Origin: an uncultured Actinomycetes bacterium
GTDB taxonomy: Bacteria > Actinomycetota > Thermoleophilia > Gaiellales > JAICJC01
Assembly: GCA_963825325.1 (NCBI GenBank)
Contig: CAWGSU010000004.1
Span: 1,152,334 to 1,216,333, forward strand
Direction: 5' to 3'
Length of the DNA stretch: 64,000 nucleotides
Shown piece after piece: positions 1 to 8,212 of the stretch; position 1 is the stretch's first letter, and the number at the start of each line of letters is the position of its first letter. The notes under the pieces were generated by a model. The model made no database searches and was not told the DNA's origin. It saw only the letters and a program-made list of their open reading frames with translations. Both the position numbers and the translations under genes were made by a program.

Positions 1-796
1 CGCGTTCGTCCGGGCGGTCGGCCAGGGCGGCCAGATGCGCGGCCGGCGTGCCGTGCAGGTGCCACTCGTCGGCGTGCCCGGTGACGAGTCCCGCGGTCGA
101 CAGGCGCGCGAGGGCGTGCGAAACCGACGGCCGCTCGGCGCCGACGAGATGGCCGAGCAGGCGGTGCGTGAGGGGCAGCGGGATGCGGATCCCGCCCGGC
201 TCCACGCGTCCGAAGCGCCCGGCCAGATGCCACAAGAGCAGCGCCAGGCGCACCTCGAGGCGGGGCTGGCTCGTGATCGCGCGCTGCACGCTCAGGTCGC
301 CGGCGCGCCTGCCGGCCCGGCGCATGAGCACGTTCGAGATCTGCGGCCACGGCCGCACGCGCTCGGCGAACGCAGCGTCGAGCAGCGCGAGCCGCGACGG
401 CACCAGCGTGCGCCACTCCCACGTGCGCTCGAGCAGATCGTCGAGGCCCTGCTCCCACGCCTGCAGCAGGTCGCCGGGGCCGACGAGCTCGGTGGCGACG
501 CGATCGCCGACATGGGTGTCGACCGCCACCACTCCGTCGACCACGAGCACGCCGAACCCGCCGCCGGTGGCGGCGAACCAGTCGGCCGCCTGCTGCGCGC
601 CGGCGGGGACGTCCATCACGACGACGGTCGCCACCTGCCGGGCGACCACGCGCATGCGCAGGTCGAACTCCTGCGCCATGTCGTCGTCGAGGTCGAGCAG
701 GTAGCGGTATGACGACGACGCCTGCGGCCGGCGTGGATCCTCGCCGGGCCACTGCGAAGGCAACCGTTGATCGCGCTCGGTCTCGCTGCGGGGCAC
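1..796 (-). CDS. Crp/Fnr-family transcriptional regulator (3' end runs off the left edge, so it is absent from the ORF track)
   Basis: My own minus-strand translation starts at GTG 796, with GGGAGG 5 nt upstream. It reads VPRSETERDQ..YLLDLDDDMAQEFDLRMRVV..DRVATELVGPGDLL (cNMP-binding-like barrel) ..LTHRLLGHLVGAERPSVSHALARLSTAGLV (C-terminal HTH). I saw no stop down to position 1. An alternative ATG start lies at 679. Confidence 0.6.
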   Translation of the reverse strand, partial: MPRSETERDQRLPSQWPGEDPRRPQASSSYRYLLDLDDDMAQEFDLRMRVVARQVATVVVMDVPAGAQQAADWFAATGGGFGVLVVDGVVAVDTHVGDRVATELVGPGDLLQAWEQGLDDLLERTWEWRTLVPSRLALLDAAFAERVRPWPQISNVLMRRAGRRAGDLSVQRAITSQPRLEVRLALLLWHLAGRFGRVEPGGIRIPLPLTHRLLGHLVGAERPSVSHALARLSTAGLVTGHADEWHLHGTPAAHLAALADRPDER

Positions 797-889
797 CCGT
801 GCCTCCCATCCGTCCGTCGCGTGCGATTGTACCTTCTGTGGCGTGTCGCGACCGGGCGCGGCGCGGCCGGTTGCGGGTGGTGACGTGGC

Positions 890-930
890 GGTAATCCGGG
901 TTACCGTAGGGGTGCGTAACCCTGATTACG
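890..930. promoter_or_regulatory. Two 16-bp 5-N6-5 palindromes (GGTAATCCGGGTTACC 890-905 and CGTAACCCTGATTACG 915-930) in the divergent regulator/hypC intergenic region; candidate Crp/Fnr-type operators
   Basis: Both have perfect 5-bp inverted arms, and their centres are 25 bp apart. The spacer is also conserved when site 2 is read on the other strand (CGTAATCAGGGTTACG). GTAA/TTAC is rare in this GC-rich window. Confidence 0.45.
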
Positions 931-1044
931 CCGGCGGTTTGCCCACTCGGTGAGCCTGGTAGACATCGCGCATCGACCTCTTTGTGGCGCTCGCAACGCG
1001 GCGCCGCGAAGGAGACGTTCAGCACGCCCGAAGGAGATTGGCCC

Positions 1045-1326
1045 ATGTGCCTCGCGATTCCGGGGCAGGTGATCGAGATCGTGGACGACCGCAACCGGCT
1101 GGCGAAGGTCGAGATCGCGGGCGTGCGCCGCAACGTGAACGTGAGCCTGCTCGACGACGACGCCGGCGGCGGCGTCAAGCCGGGCGACTGGGTCCTGATC
1201 CACGTGGGCTTCGCGCTCTCCAAGGTGGATGAGGACGAAGCGCTGGCGACGCTCGCGCTGCTCGAGCAGATGGGCGCCGAGTACGAGCAGGAGCTCGAGG
1301 AGCTGAAGGCGAGCGTGATCGAGTGA
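1045..1326 (+). CDS. hypC: [NiFe]-hydrogenase maturation chaperone HypC
   Basis: The N-terminus is MCLAIPGQVIEIVDD and the protein contains PGDWVLIHVGFAL. ATG 1045 is in frame with ORF 982..1326 and is preceded by GAAGGAGA. Confidence 0.9.
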   Translation: MCLAIPGQVIEIVDDRNRLAKVEIAGVRRNVNVSLLDDDAGGGVKPGDWVLIHVGFALSKVDEDEALATLALLEQMGAEYEQELEELKASVIE

Positions 1327-1619
1327 CCGCAGGCCGGTACGCGGAGATGGCCCCCCCCAGCTCCGCCGCGCCGGCCTGCGGCCCCGACGACCACTGCATC
1401 ACCTGCGGCGATGTCGCGGTCGACCTCGCCGTCGTCCGCATCGATCCCTCCACGCGTCTCGCGTGGTGCTCGGGGGCGTCGCCGGCGGGCAGGCCGGACG
1501 CCGCCGGGGAGTGGGTGGACACCGAGCTCGTCGGCCCGGTGCGACCCGGCGACCGTGTGCTCGTCCACGCGGGCGTCGCCCTGACGCGGCTCGGCTCGCC
1601 CGCCGGCGGTGCCGCGTGA
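1323..1619 (+). CDS. HypC/HybG/HupF-family paralogue with an N-terminal extension (HCITCGD instead of N-terminal MC)
   Basis: GTG 1323 overlaps the hypC stop (GTGA). The core ..HCITCGDVAVDLAVVRID..VRPGDRVLVHAGVAL aligns with HypC (PGDWVLIHVGFAL). Confidence 0.7.
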   Translation: MTAGRYAEMAPPSSAAPACGPDDHCITCGDVAVDLAVVRIDPSTRLAWCSGASPAGRPDAAGEWVDTELVGPVRPGDRVLVHAGVALTRLGSPAGGAA

Positions 1620-2731
1620 AGTTCGTCGACGAGTTCCGCAACCCCGAGCTCGGCCGGGCCGTTGCCGGCGAGATCCTGGCGACGGTCGAGGCGGGGCGCC
1701 ACTACAAGATCATGGAGGTGTGCGGCGGGCACACCCACTCGATCTACAAGTACGGCGTGGACGACCTGCTGCCCGCGAACGTCGAGCTCGTCCACGGGCC
1801 GGGCTGCCCCGTGTGTGTGATCCCGATGGGCCGCGTCGACGACGGCATCGCGCTCGCCCACGAGCCGGACGTGATCTTCACCTGCTTCGGGGACATGCTG
1901 CGTGTGCCCGGTGCGAACGGCACGCTGATGGACGCGAAGGCCGAGGGCGCCGACGTGCGCATGGTGTACTCGCCGCTCGACGCGCTGCGCATCGCCCGCG
2001 AGAACCCCGACCGGCAGGTGGTCTTCTACGCGATCGGCTTCGAGACCACCGCGCCGTCGACCGCGCTCACGCTCAAGCGGGCCAAGGCCGAGGGCGTGAC
2101 CAACTTCTCGTGCATGTGCAACCACGTCACGATCGTGCCGCCGCTGCGGGCGCTGCTCGACTCGCCCGACCTGCGCCTGGACGGCTTCATCGGCCCGGGC
2201 CACGTCGCCACCGTCGTCGGCGGGCGCCCGTTCGAGTTCATCCCCGCCGACTACGGCCGTCCAGTGGTGATCTCCGGGTTCGAGCCGCTCGACCTGCTGC
2301 AGTCGGTGCAGATGATCCTGCGCCAGCTCGCCGACGGCCGCTGCCAGGTTGAGAACCAGTACGCGCGGGTGGTGCCGTACGAGGGCAACATGGCCGCCCT
2401 GAAGGTGATGGCCGAGGTGTTCGCGCTGCGGCCGCACTTCGAGTGGCGCGGCCTGGGCTTCATCTCGCAGAGCGCCCTGCGCCTGTCCGACGCCTACCGC
2501 GACCTCGATGCCGAGGTGCGCTACCAGGTGCCGGGCGTGCGCGTGGCCGACCCCAAGGCGTGCCAGTGCGGCGAGGTGCTGAAGGGCGTGATCAAGCCGT
2601 GGGAGTGCAAGGTGTTCGGCAGCGCCTGCACGCCCGAGCACGCGATCGGCACGTGCATGGTCTCGCCCGAGGGGGCGTGCGCCGCCTACTACAACTACGG
2701 CCGCTTCGCCCGCGACCGCGAGGTGGTGTGA
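1616..2731 (+). CDS. hypD: [NiFe]-hydrogenase maturation protein HypD
   Basis: GTG 1616 overlaps the upstream stop (GTGA). Motifs seen are VKFVDEFRNPEL, MEVCGGHTHSIYKYG, GPGCPVCV, FETTAP and the C-terminal CQCGEVL..GTCMVSPEGACAAYY. Confidence 0.95.
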   Translation: MKFVDEFRNPELGRAVAGEILATVEAGRHYKIMEVCGGHTHSIYKYGVDDLLPANVELVHGPGCPVCVIPMGRVDDGIALAHEPDVIFTCFGDMLRVPGANGTLMDAKAEGADVRMVYSPLDALRIARENPDRQVVFYAIGFETTAPSTALTLKRAKAEGVTNFSCMCNHVTIVPPLRALLDSPDLRLDGFIGPGHVATVVGGRPFEFIPADYGRPVVISGFEPLDLLQSVQMILRQLADGRCQVENQYARVVPYEGNMAALKVMAEVFALRPHFEWRGLGFISQSALRLSDAYRDLDAEVRYQVPGVRVADPKACQCGEVLKGVIKPWECKVFGSACTPEHAIGTCMVSPEGACAAYYNYGRFARDREVV

Positions 2732-2732
2732 G

Positions 2733-3827
2733 GTGCCGCGCGCGGCCGACCCCACCGACCGCGAGCAGCGGGTGCTGGACATCATCGAGACGGTGCGCTC
2801 CAAGCCGCCGAAGTTCCGCGATGCGCGCATCACCATGGCCCACGGCGCGGGCGGCAAGGCGACGCAGACGCTGATCGAGGGCCTGCTCGTGCCCGCCTAT
2901 GGGGCGGCCAGCCTCGCCGCGCTCGCCGACGCAGGCGCCGTGTCGGTCGGGGGCGTCGAGCTCGCGTTCACGACCGACAGCTTCGTCGTCAAGCCGATCC
3001 GCTTCCCCGGCGGCTCGATCGGTGAGCTGGCCGTGAACGGCACCGTGAACGACCTCGCCATGGCGGGCGCGCGGCCGCTCGCGCTGACCCTGTCCATGGT
3101 GCTCGAGGAGGGCCTCTCGGCAGACGACCTGCGCGCCGAGGTCGCGGCGATCGCCGCCGCGGCGGCCGCCGCGGGCGTCGAGATCGTCGCCGGCGACACG
3201 AAGGTCGTCGAGCGCGGGCACGCCGACTCGATGTACCTGTGCACGGCGGGGATCGGCCAGGTCGACCCGCGCGCGGCGCTCTCGCCGGCGGGCCTGCGGC
3301 CCGGCGACCGCATCCTCGTCTCGGGCTCGATCGGCGAGCACGGCACGGCGATCATGCTCGCCCGCGGCGAGTTCGACCTCGACGCCGAGGTCGAGTCCGA
3401 CACGTGCTCGCTCTGGCCGGCGGTCGACGCGCTGCTGGACGCCGCCGGCCACGACCTGCGCTGCCTGCGCGACGCCACCCGCGGCGGCGTCGCCTCGGTG
3501 CTGAACGAGCTCGCGCGCGCCTCGGGGGTGGCCATGGTCGTGCGCGAGGCGGATGTGCCGGTGCTGCCCGCGGTCGCGGGCGCGGCGGAGCTGCTCGGCA
3601 TCGACCCGATGTATGTCGCGAACGAGGGCAAGCTCGTCGCCTTCGTCGCGCCCGAGCGGTGCGAGGCGGCGCTCGCCGCGCTGCGGGCCGTGCCCGGGTG
3701 CGAGCGGGCGGTCGAGATCGGCGAGGTCAAGACCGACCCGCCGGGGATGGTGTTGGTGGAGACGGCGTTCGGCGGCAAGCGGGTCATGGACCAGCTCGTC
3801 GGCGATCCGCTGCCCAGGATCTGTTGA
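2733..3827 (+). CDS. hypE: [NiFe]-hydrogenase maturation protein HypE (carbamoyl dehydratase)
   Basis: The layout is AIR-synthase-like. Motifs seen are MAHGAGGKATQTLIE, AGDTKVVERG and the C-terminal DPLPRIC. Confidence 0.95.
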   Translation: MPRAADPTDREQRVLDIIETVRSKPPKFRDARITMAHGAGGKATQTLIEGLLVPAYGAASLAALADAGAVSVGGVELAFTTDSFVVKPIRFPGGSIGELAVNGTVNDLAMAGARPLALTLSMVLEEGLSADDLRAEVAAIAAAAAAAGVEIVAGDTKVVERGHADSMYLCTAGIGQVDPRAALSPAGLRPGDRILVSGSIGEHGTAIMLARGEFDLDAEVESDTCSLWPAVDALLDAAGHDLRCLRDATRGGVASVLNELARASGVAMVVREADVPVLPAVAGAAELLGIDPMYVANEGKLVAFVAPERCEAALAALRAVPGCERAVEIGEVKTDPPGMVLVETAFGGKRVMDQLVGDPLPRIC

Positions 3828-3855
3828 ACCACGCGGTTCCGAGAGGGAGGGTGAC

Positions 3856-4935
3856 TTGGCCACAGTCGAGTTCGTACCGAACCAGCAGCAGACCGAAGGC
3901 ATCACTGCCCACGTCCTGTGGATGACCACGGGGCTCTCGTGCGAAGGCGACTCGGTCGCGATGACCGCGGCCACGAACCCGAGCCTCGAGGACATCATCA
4001 CCGGCGTCATCCCCGGGATGCCGCGCGTCGTCATCCACAACCAGGTGATCGCCTACGAGGTCGGCCAGGAGTACATCCAGTCCTGGTACGACGCCGAGGC
4101 GGGCAAGCTCGACCCCTTCGTGCTGATCATCGAGGGCTCGATCGGCAACGAGAACATCAACGGCGAGGGCCACTGGTCGGGGTTCGGCGTCCACCCCGAC
4201 ACCGGCCAGCCGATCACCACCAACGACTGGATCGACCGGCTCGCGAACAAGGCGGCGGCGGTCGTCGCCATCGGCACCTGCGCGACCTACGGCGGCATCC
4301 CCGCCATGAAGAACAATCCCACCGGCGCGATGGGCCTGCCCGACTACCTGGGCTGGAACTGGAAGTCGAAGGCCGGCCTGCCCGTCGTGTGTATCCCCGG
4401 CTGCCCGGCGCAGCCCGACAACATGACCGAGACCCTGCTCTACCTCGTCCTGCACCTGGGCGGCCTTGCGCCCGCGCCGGAGCTCGACGACCAGCTGCGG
4501 CCGAAGTGGCTCTTCGACCGCACGACGCACGAGAGCTGCAACCGGGCCGGCTTCTACGAGATGGGCAACTTCGCCACCGAGTACGGCTCCGACCACCGCT
4601 GCCTGGTCAAGCTGGGCTGCGAAGGCCCGATCGTGAAGTGCAACGTGCCGGTGCGCGGCTGGGTCAACGGCATCGGCGGATGTCCCAACGTCGGCGGGAT
4701 CTGCATGGCCTGCACGATGCCCGGCTTCCCCGACAAGTACCTCCCGTTCATGCAGGAGGCGCCGCGATCACGGGTGACGACGATCCCCGCCCGGCTGACC
4801 TACGGCCCGATCTACAAGTTCCTGCGCAGCTGGGAGATCCGCCACAACGGCGACACCGAGCCCACCTGGCGCCACAACCGGAACGAGCTCACGAGCGGGT
4901 ACCAGCCCCGGAACTACGCCCGGAAGGGAGCATGA
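3856..4935 (+). CDS. hhyS: [NiFe]-hydrogenase small subunit, group-1h-like (no Tat signal)
   Basis: TTG 3856 lies 5-6 nt after GAGGGAGG. There is no RRxF twin-arginine motif. The first cluster motif is SCEGD (Asp where canonical enzymes have CxGC). Other motifs are GTCATYGGIPA, IPGCPAQPD and CNVP..GGCPNVGGICMACTMPGFPD. Confidence 0.9.
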   Translation: MATVEFVPNQQQTEGITAHVLWMTTGLSCEGDSVAMTAATNPSLEDIITGVIPGMPRVVIHNQVIAYEVGQEYIQSWYDAEAGKLDPFVLIIEGSIGNENINGEGHWSGFGVHPDTGQPITTNDWIDRLANKAAAVVAIGTCATYGGIPAMKNNPTGAMGLPDYLGWNWKSKAGLPVVCIPGCPAQPDNMTETLLYLVLHLGGLAPAPELDDQLRPKWLFDRTTHESCNRAGFYEMGNFATEYGSDHRCLVKLGCEGPIVKCNVPVRGWVNGIGGCPNVGGICMACTMPGFPDKYLPFMQEAPRSRVTTIPARLTYGPIYKFLRSWEIRHNGDTEPTWRHNRNELTSGYQPRNYARKGA

Positions 4936-4936
4936 C

Positions 4937-6715
4937 GTGACAACGGTCGAGACTCCGCAGGAGCGGAAGGTCATCGTCAAGGAGATGTCGTGGGATCCGA
5001 TCACGCGCATCGTGGGCAGCCTGGGCATCCACACCGAGATCGACTTCACGAACCAGCAGGTGCTCAAGTGCTACTCGACGTCGATGGTGTTCCGCGGGTT
5101 CGACATCTTCATGAAGGGCATCGATCCGCGTGACGCCCACTTCATCACGAGCCGGATCTGCGGCATCTGCGGCGACAACCACTGCACCTGCTCGTGCCTG
5201 AACCAGAACATGGCCTACGGTGTGAAGCCGCCCAAGCTCGGCGACTACGCCTACAACCTGGCCGAGTCGGCCGACTTCATGTTCGACCACGCGATCTTCA
5301 ACGACTGCATGGCCAACGTGGACTTCTGCGAGCAGATGGTCAAGGAGACGAACCCGACCCTGCTGCGCAAGGCCGAGTCGACCCCGTCCCCGCACGGCGA
5401 CATCCACGGCTACAAGACGATCGCCGACATCATGCGGGCGCTCAACCCGTTCACCGGCAGCTTCTATCTCGAGACCCTCCAGGTCGCCCGCTACACGCGC
5501 GAGATGTACTGCCTCTTCGGCGGCCGCCACACGCACCCGTCGACCATCATGCCGGGCGGCGTCTCGGCGGACATCACCCACCAGACGTGCACCGACTACT
5601 ACGTGCGGCTCATGCGCTACATCGAGTACGCCAAGCGCACCGTGCCCATGCACGACGACCTGTACGACTTCTTCCTGCAGGAGCTGCCTGGGTACGACAT
5701 GGTCGGCTACCGCGACACCGACCTGATCTGCTGGGGGTGCTTCGACGATCCCGACTACGTCGACTACAGCTACCGCGGCATGACCGAGTGGGGCCGGCAT
5801 CGCTACATCACGCCCGGCCTGGTCTTCAAGGGCGAGCTGGTGTCGACCGACCTGGTCGAGATCAACCTCGCCATCCGGATCCTGCTCGGGAGCTCCTACT
5901 TCGACGACTGGTCGAGCGAGGAGACGTTCGTGCATACCGATCCGCTCGGGAACCCGGTCGACAAGCGCCACCCGTGGAACAAGGTGACGCTGCCCAAGCC
6001 GCAGAAGCGCGACTGGACGGACAAGTACAGCTGGGTGGTCTCGCCGCGGATGTACGACGCCCGCAACGACACCTACGTCGCCTGCGACACCGGCGGCGGC
6101 CCGTTCGCCCGCCAATGGGTGACGGCGAAGGCCGGCCTGGTCGACATCGGCTACCTGAAGGCCACCGGTCACAGCCTGCAGATGGTGCTCCCGAAGACCG
6201 CCAGCATGCCGGAGATGGAGCTCGAGTGGAAGATCCCGGAGAAGTCGAACGCGATCGAGCGTGACCGGGCCCGCTCCTACCACCAGGCCTACTCGGCCCT
6301 CGTCGGGCTGCACTGCCTCGAGAAGGCCCTGGGCGAGATCCGGGCCGGGCGCACGAAGAGCTGGAACAACTTCAAGGTGCCCCAGGAGGCTGTGAGCGTC
6401 GGCTTCCACGAGGCCGCGCGCGGAGTGCTCTCGCACCACATGGTGATCCGGGGCGGCAAGATCGCGAACTACCAGCCGTACCCGCCGACGCCGTGGAACG
6501 CGAACCCGCGCGACGTCTACGGGACGCCGGGCCCGTACGAGGACGCCGTCCAGAACACCCCCATCTTCGAGGAGAACGGCCCCGAGGACTTCAAGGGAGT
6601 CGACATCATGCGGGCGGTGCGCTCGTTCGACCCGTGCCTGCCGTGTGGCGTGCACATGTACACGGGGGCCGGACGGGTGCGCAAGGTGGAGCATCGCCCG
6701 ACCGGACTCTGCTGA
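4937..6715 (+). CDS. hhyL: [NiFe]-hydrogenase large subunit, group-1h-like
   Basis: The N-terminal Ni-binding motif is SRICGICGDNHCTCS. The C-terminal motif is SFDPCLPCGVHMY, followed by a 17-aa tail that would be removed by the endopeptidase. GTG 4937 lies 1 nt after the small-subunit stop. Confidence 0.95.
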   Translation: MTTVETPQERKVIVKEMSWDPITRIVGSLGIHTEIDFTNQQVLKCYSTSMVFRGFDIFMKGIDPRDAHFITSRICGICGDNHCTCSCLNQNMAYGVKPPKLGDYAYNLAESADFMFDHAIFNDCMANVDFCEQMVKETNPTLLRKAESTPSPHGDIHGYKTIADIMRALNPFTGSFYLETLQVARYTREMYCLFGGRHTHPSTIMPGGVSADITHQTCTDYYVRLMRYIEYAKRTVPMHDDLYDFFLQELPGYDMVGYRDTDLICWGCFDDPDYVDYSYRGMTEWGRHRYITPGLVFKGELVSTDLVEINLAIRILLGSSYFDDWSSEETFVHTDPLGNPVDKRHPWNKVTLPKPQKRDWTDKYSWVVSPRMYDARNDTYVACDTGGGPFARQWVTAKAGLVDIGYLKATGHSLQMVLPKTASMPEMELEWKIPEKSNAIERDRARSYHQAYSALVGLHCLEKALGEIRAGRTKSWNNFKVPQEAVSVGFHEAARGVLSHHMVIRGGKIANYQPYPPTPWNANPRDVYGTPGPYEDAVQNTPIFEENGPEDFKGVDIMRAVRSFDPCLPCGVHMYTGAGRVRKVEHRPTGLC

Positions 6716-6725
6716 GAGGAGCGGC

Positions 6726-7568
6726 ATGAACGACCCGATGGAGCGGGTCTCCGAGCTCACCGCGGCCCTCGAAGCGCTCGAGGACGGGGATGCCCGCAGG
6801 CTGGCCGAGGAGCTCGTCGGGGCGGTGGTCGACCTCTACGGAGAGGGCCTCGCTCGCATCATGGACGTGCTCGCCGACGATTCCCTGGCCGCCGGCGAGC
6901 TGCGGGGACGGTTGGCGGCCGACGGCCTGGTCGCCAGCCTCCTGCTCGTGCACGACCTCTATCCGGTGCCGCTCGAGGAGCGCGTGCTCGCGGCGCTTGC
7001 CTCGGTGCGTCCCTACATGGAGTCGCACGGCGGCGACGTCGAGCTGCTTGGGATCGACGCGGGGGTGGCGCGGCTGCGCCTGGTCGGCCACTGCCATGGC
7101 TGCCCGGCGTCGATGCAGACGCTCGAGCTCGCAATCACCGACGCGCTCGAGGAGCGGGCGCCCGACCTGCTGGGCGTCGAGGTCGAGGGCCTGGCCGAGC
7201 CCGCGCAGCCGGCCGGCGGCGGCATGACCGCGATCCGGGGCCGGCTGGCGGCGCCCACCTGGCTCCCGGTCGAGGCGGCGGGCGACGTCGCCCCCGGCGC
7301 GGTCGCGACGGTGACGCTGCGCGGTGCCGAGATGGTGGTCGCAAACGTCGCGGGCACCCTGCTCGCCTACCGCAGCGAGTGCCCGTGCTGCGGCAGCGGC
7401 CTTGCCGACGCGACCCTCGAGGGCGAGATCCTCGCCTGTGACAAGTGTCACCACGGGTACGTGCTCACCGAGGCCGGCCGGGCCGTCGGCTCCGACGACG
7501 TCCATCTCGATCCGGTGCCGCTGCTTCGGCGTGACGGCGTCGGGGTCGCCGTGGCGGTCGCCACGTGA
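6726..7568 (+). CDS. Hydrogenase-associated NifU-like / Cys-rich Rieske-like two-domain protein (HhyE/HucE-like)
   Basis: The NifU C-terminal-type motif is VRPYMESHGGDVELLGI..RLVGHCHGCPASMQTL. The C-terminal domain carries ECPCCG-x15-CDKCHHGY. ATG 6726 is in frame with ORF 6645..7568. Confidence 0.75.
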   Translation: MNDPMERVSELTAALEALEDGDARRLAEELVGAVVDLYGEGLARIMDVLADDSLAAGELRGRLAADGLVASLLLVHDLYPVPLEERVLAALASVRPYMESHGGDVELLGIDAGVARLRLVGHCHGCPASMQTLELAITDALEERAPDLLGVEVEGLAEPAQPAGGGMTAIRGRLAAPTWLPVEAAGDVAPGAVATVTLRGAEMVVANVAGTLLAYRSECPCCGSGLADATLEGEILACDKCHHGYVLTEAGRAVGSDDVHLDPVPLLRRDGVGVAVAVAT

Positions 7569-8212
7569 GCGCGGGCGTCCCTCCCTCTGCGCCCAACCCC
7601 GAGGTGGTCACGAGCCTGCGCCGGCTGGCGCGGTCGCGTACGGCGGCTGCGCCGCCGGCGGCCGCTCCGGCCGGCGCGCGCTGCGACCTGTGCGGCACGA
7701 CGATCGACGAGGAGCACCGCCACCTGCTCCAGCTCGCCGAGCACCGCATCCTGTGCGCGTGCGAGCCGTGCTTCGCCATGCGGGCGGGCGATCCCGATCT
7801 GCGCCCGACGGGGACGCGGGTGGCGGTGCTGAACGGCTTCGACCTCCCCGACGAGCTCTGGGCCGCGTTCCAGATCCCGATCGGCCTCGCGTTCTTCTTC
7901 CGCACCGCCGACGGCGTCGTGGCGTTCTATCCCAGCCCGGCCGGAGCGACCGAGTCGGAGCTCTACCTCGAGGCGTGGGACGACCTGGTGGCCAGAAACG
8001 CCGCGCTCGCCGGCCTCGAGCAGGAGGTCGAGGCGCTGATCGTCGACCGCTTGAGCGAGCCGCGCAACTACGCGATCGTCCCCATCGACCGCTGCTACGA
8101 GCTCGTCGGCGCGATCAAGGCGAGCTGGCAGGGCATCTCGGGCGGGAGCGCGGTCGAGGATGCGGTGGCCGCGTTCTTCGCCGCGTTGCACGGGCGCCGG
8201 AGCGTCGCGTGA
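7565..8212 (+). CDS. Uncharacterised hydrogenase-cluster protein with CxxC..CxCxxC motif (recalls DUF5947, from memory)
   Basis: The start has a 4-nt overlap (GTGA) with the upstream gene. The Cys motif is ARCDLCGTTIDEEHRHLL..ILCACEPCF. It is on the same strand, and the codon bias matches its neighbours. Confidence 0.7.
   Translation: MSAGVPPSAPNPEVVTSLRRLARSRTAAAPPAAAPAGARCDLCGTTIDEEHRHLLQLAEHRILCACEPCFAMRAGDPDLRPTGTRVAVLNGFDLPDELWAAFQIPIGLAFFFRTADGVVAFYPSPAGATESELYLEAWDDLVARNAALAGLEQEVEALIVDRLSEPRNYAIVPIDRCYELVGAIKASWQGISGGSAVEDAVAAFFAALHGRRSVA

Noticed and set aside
3553-3855. An in-frame upstream extension of the hydrogenase small subunit that might hide a Tat signal.
   Set aside because: The extension overlaps the 3' end of hypE in another frame. 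It reads as Arg/Ser-rich shadow sequence with no RRxFxK motif. A good SD (GAGGGAGG) precedes TTG 3856.
4937-6715. A possible [NiFeSe] enzyme, or recoding in the large subunit.
   Set aside because: The ORF is uninterrupted. The C-terminal motif is DPCLPCGVH with Cys codons, and there is no in-frame TGA.
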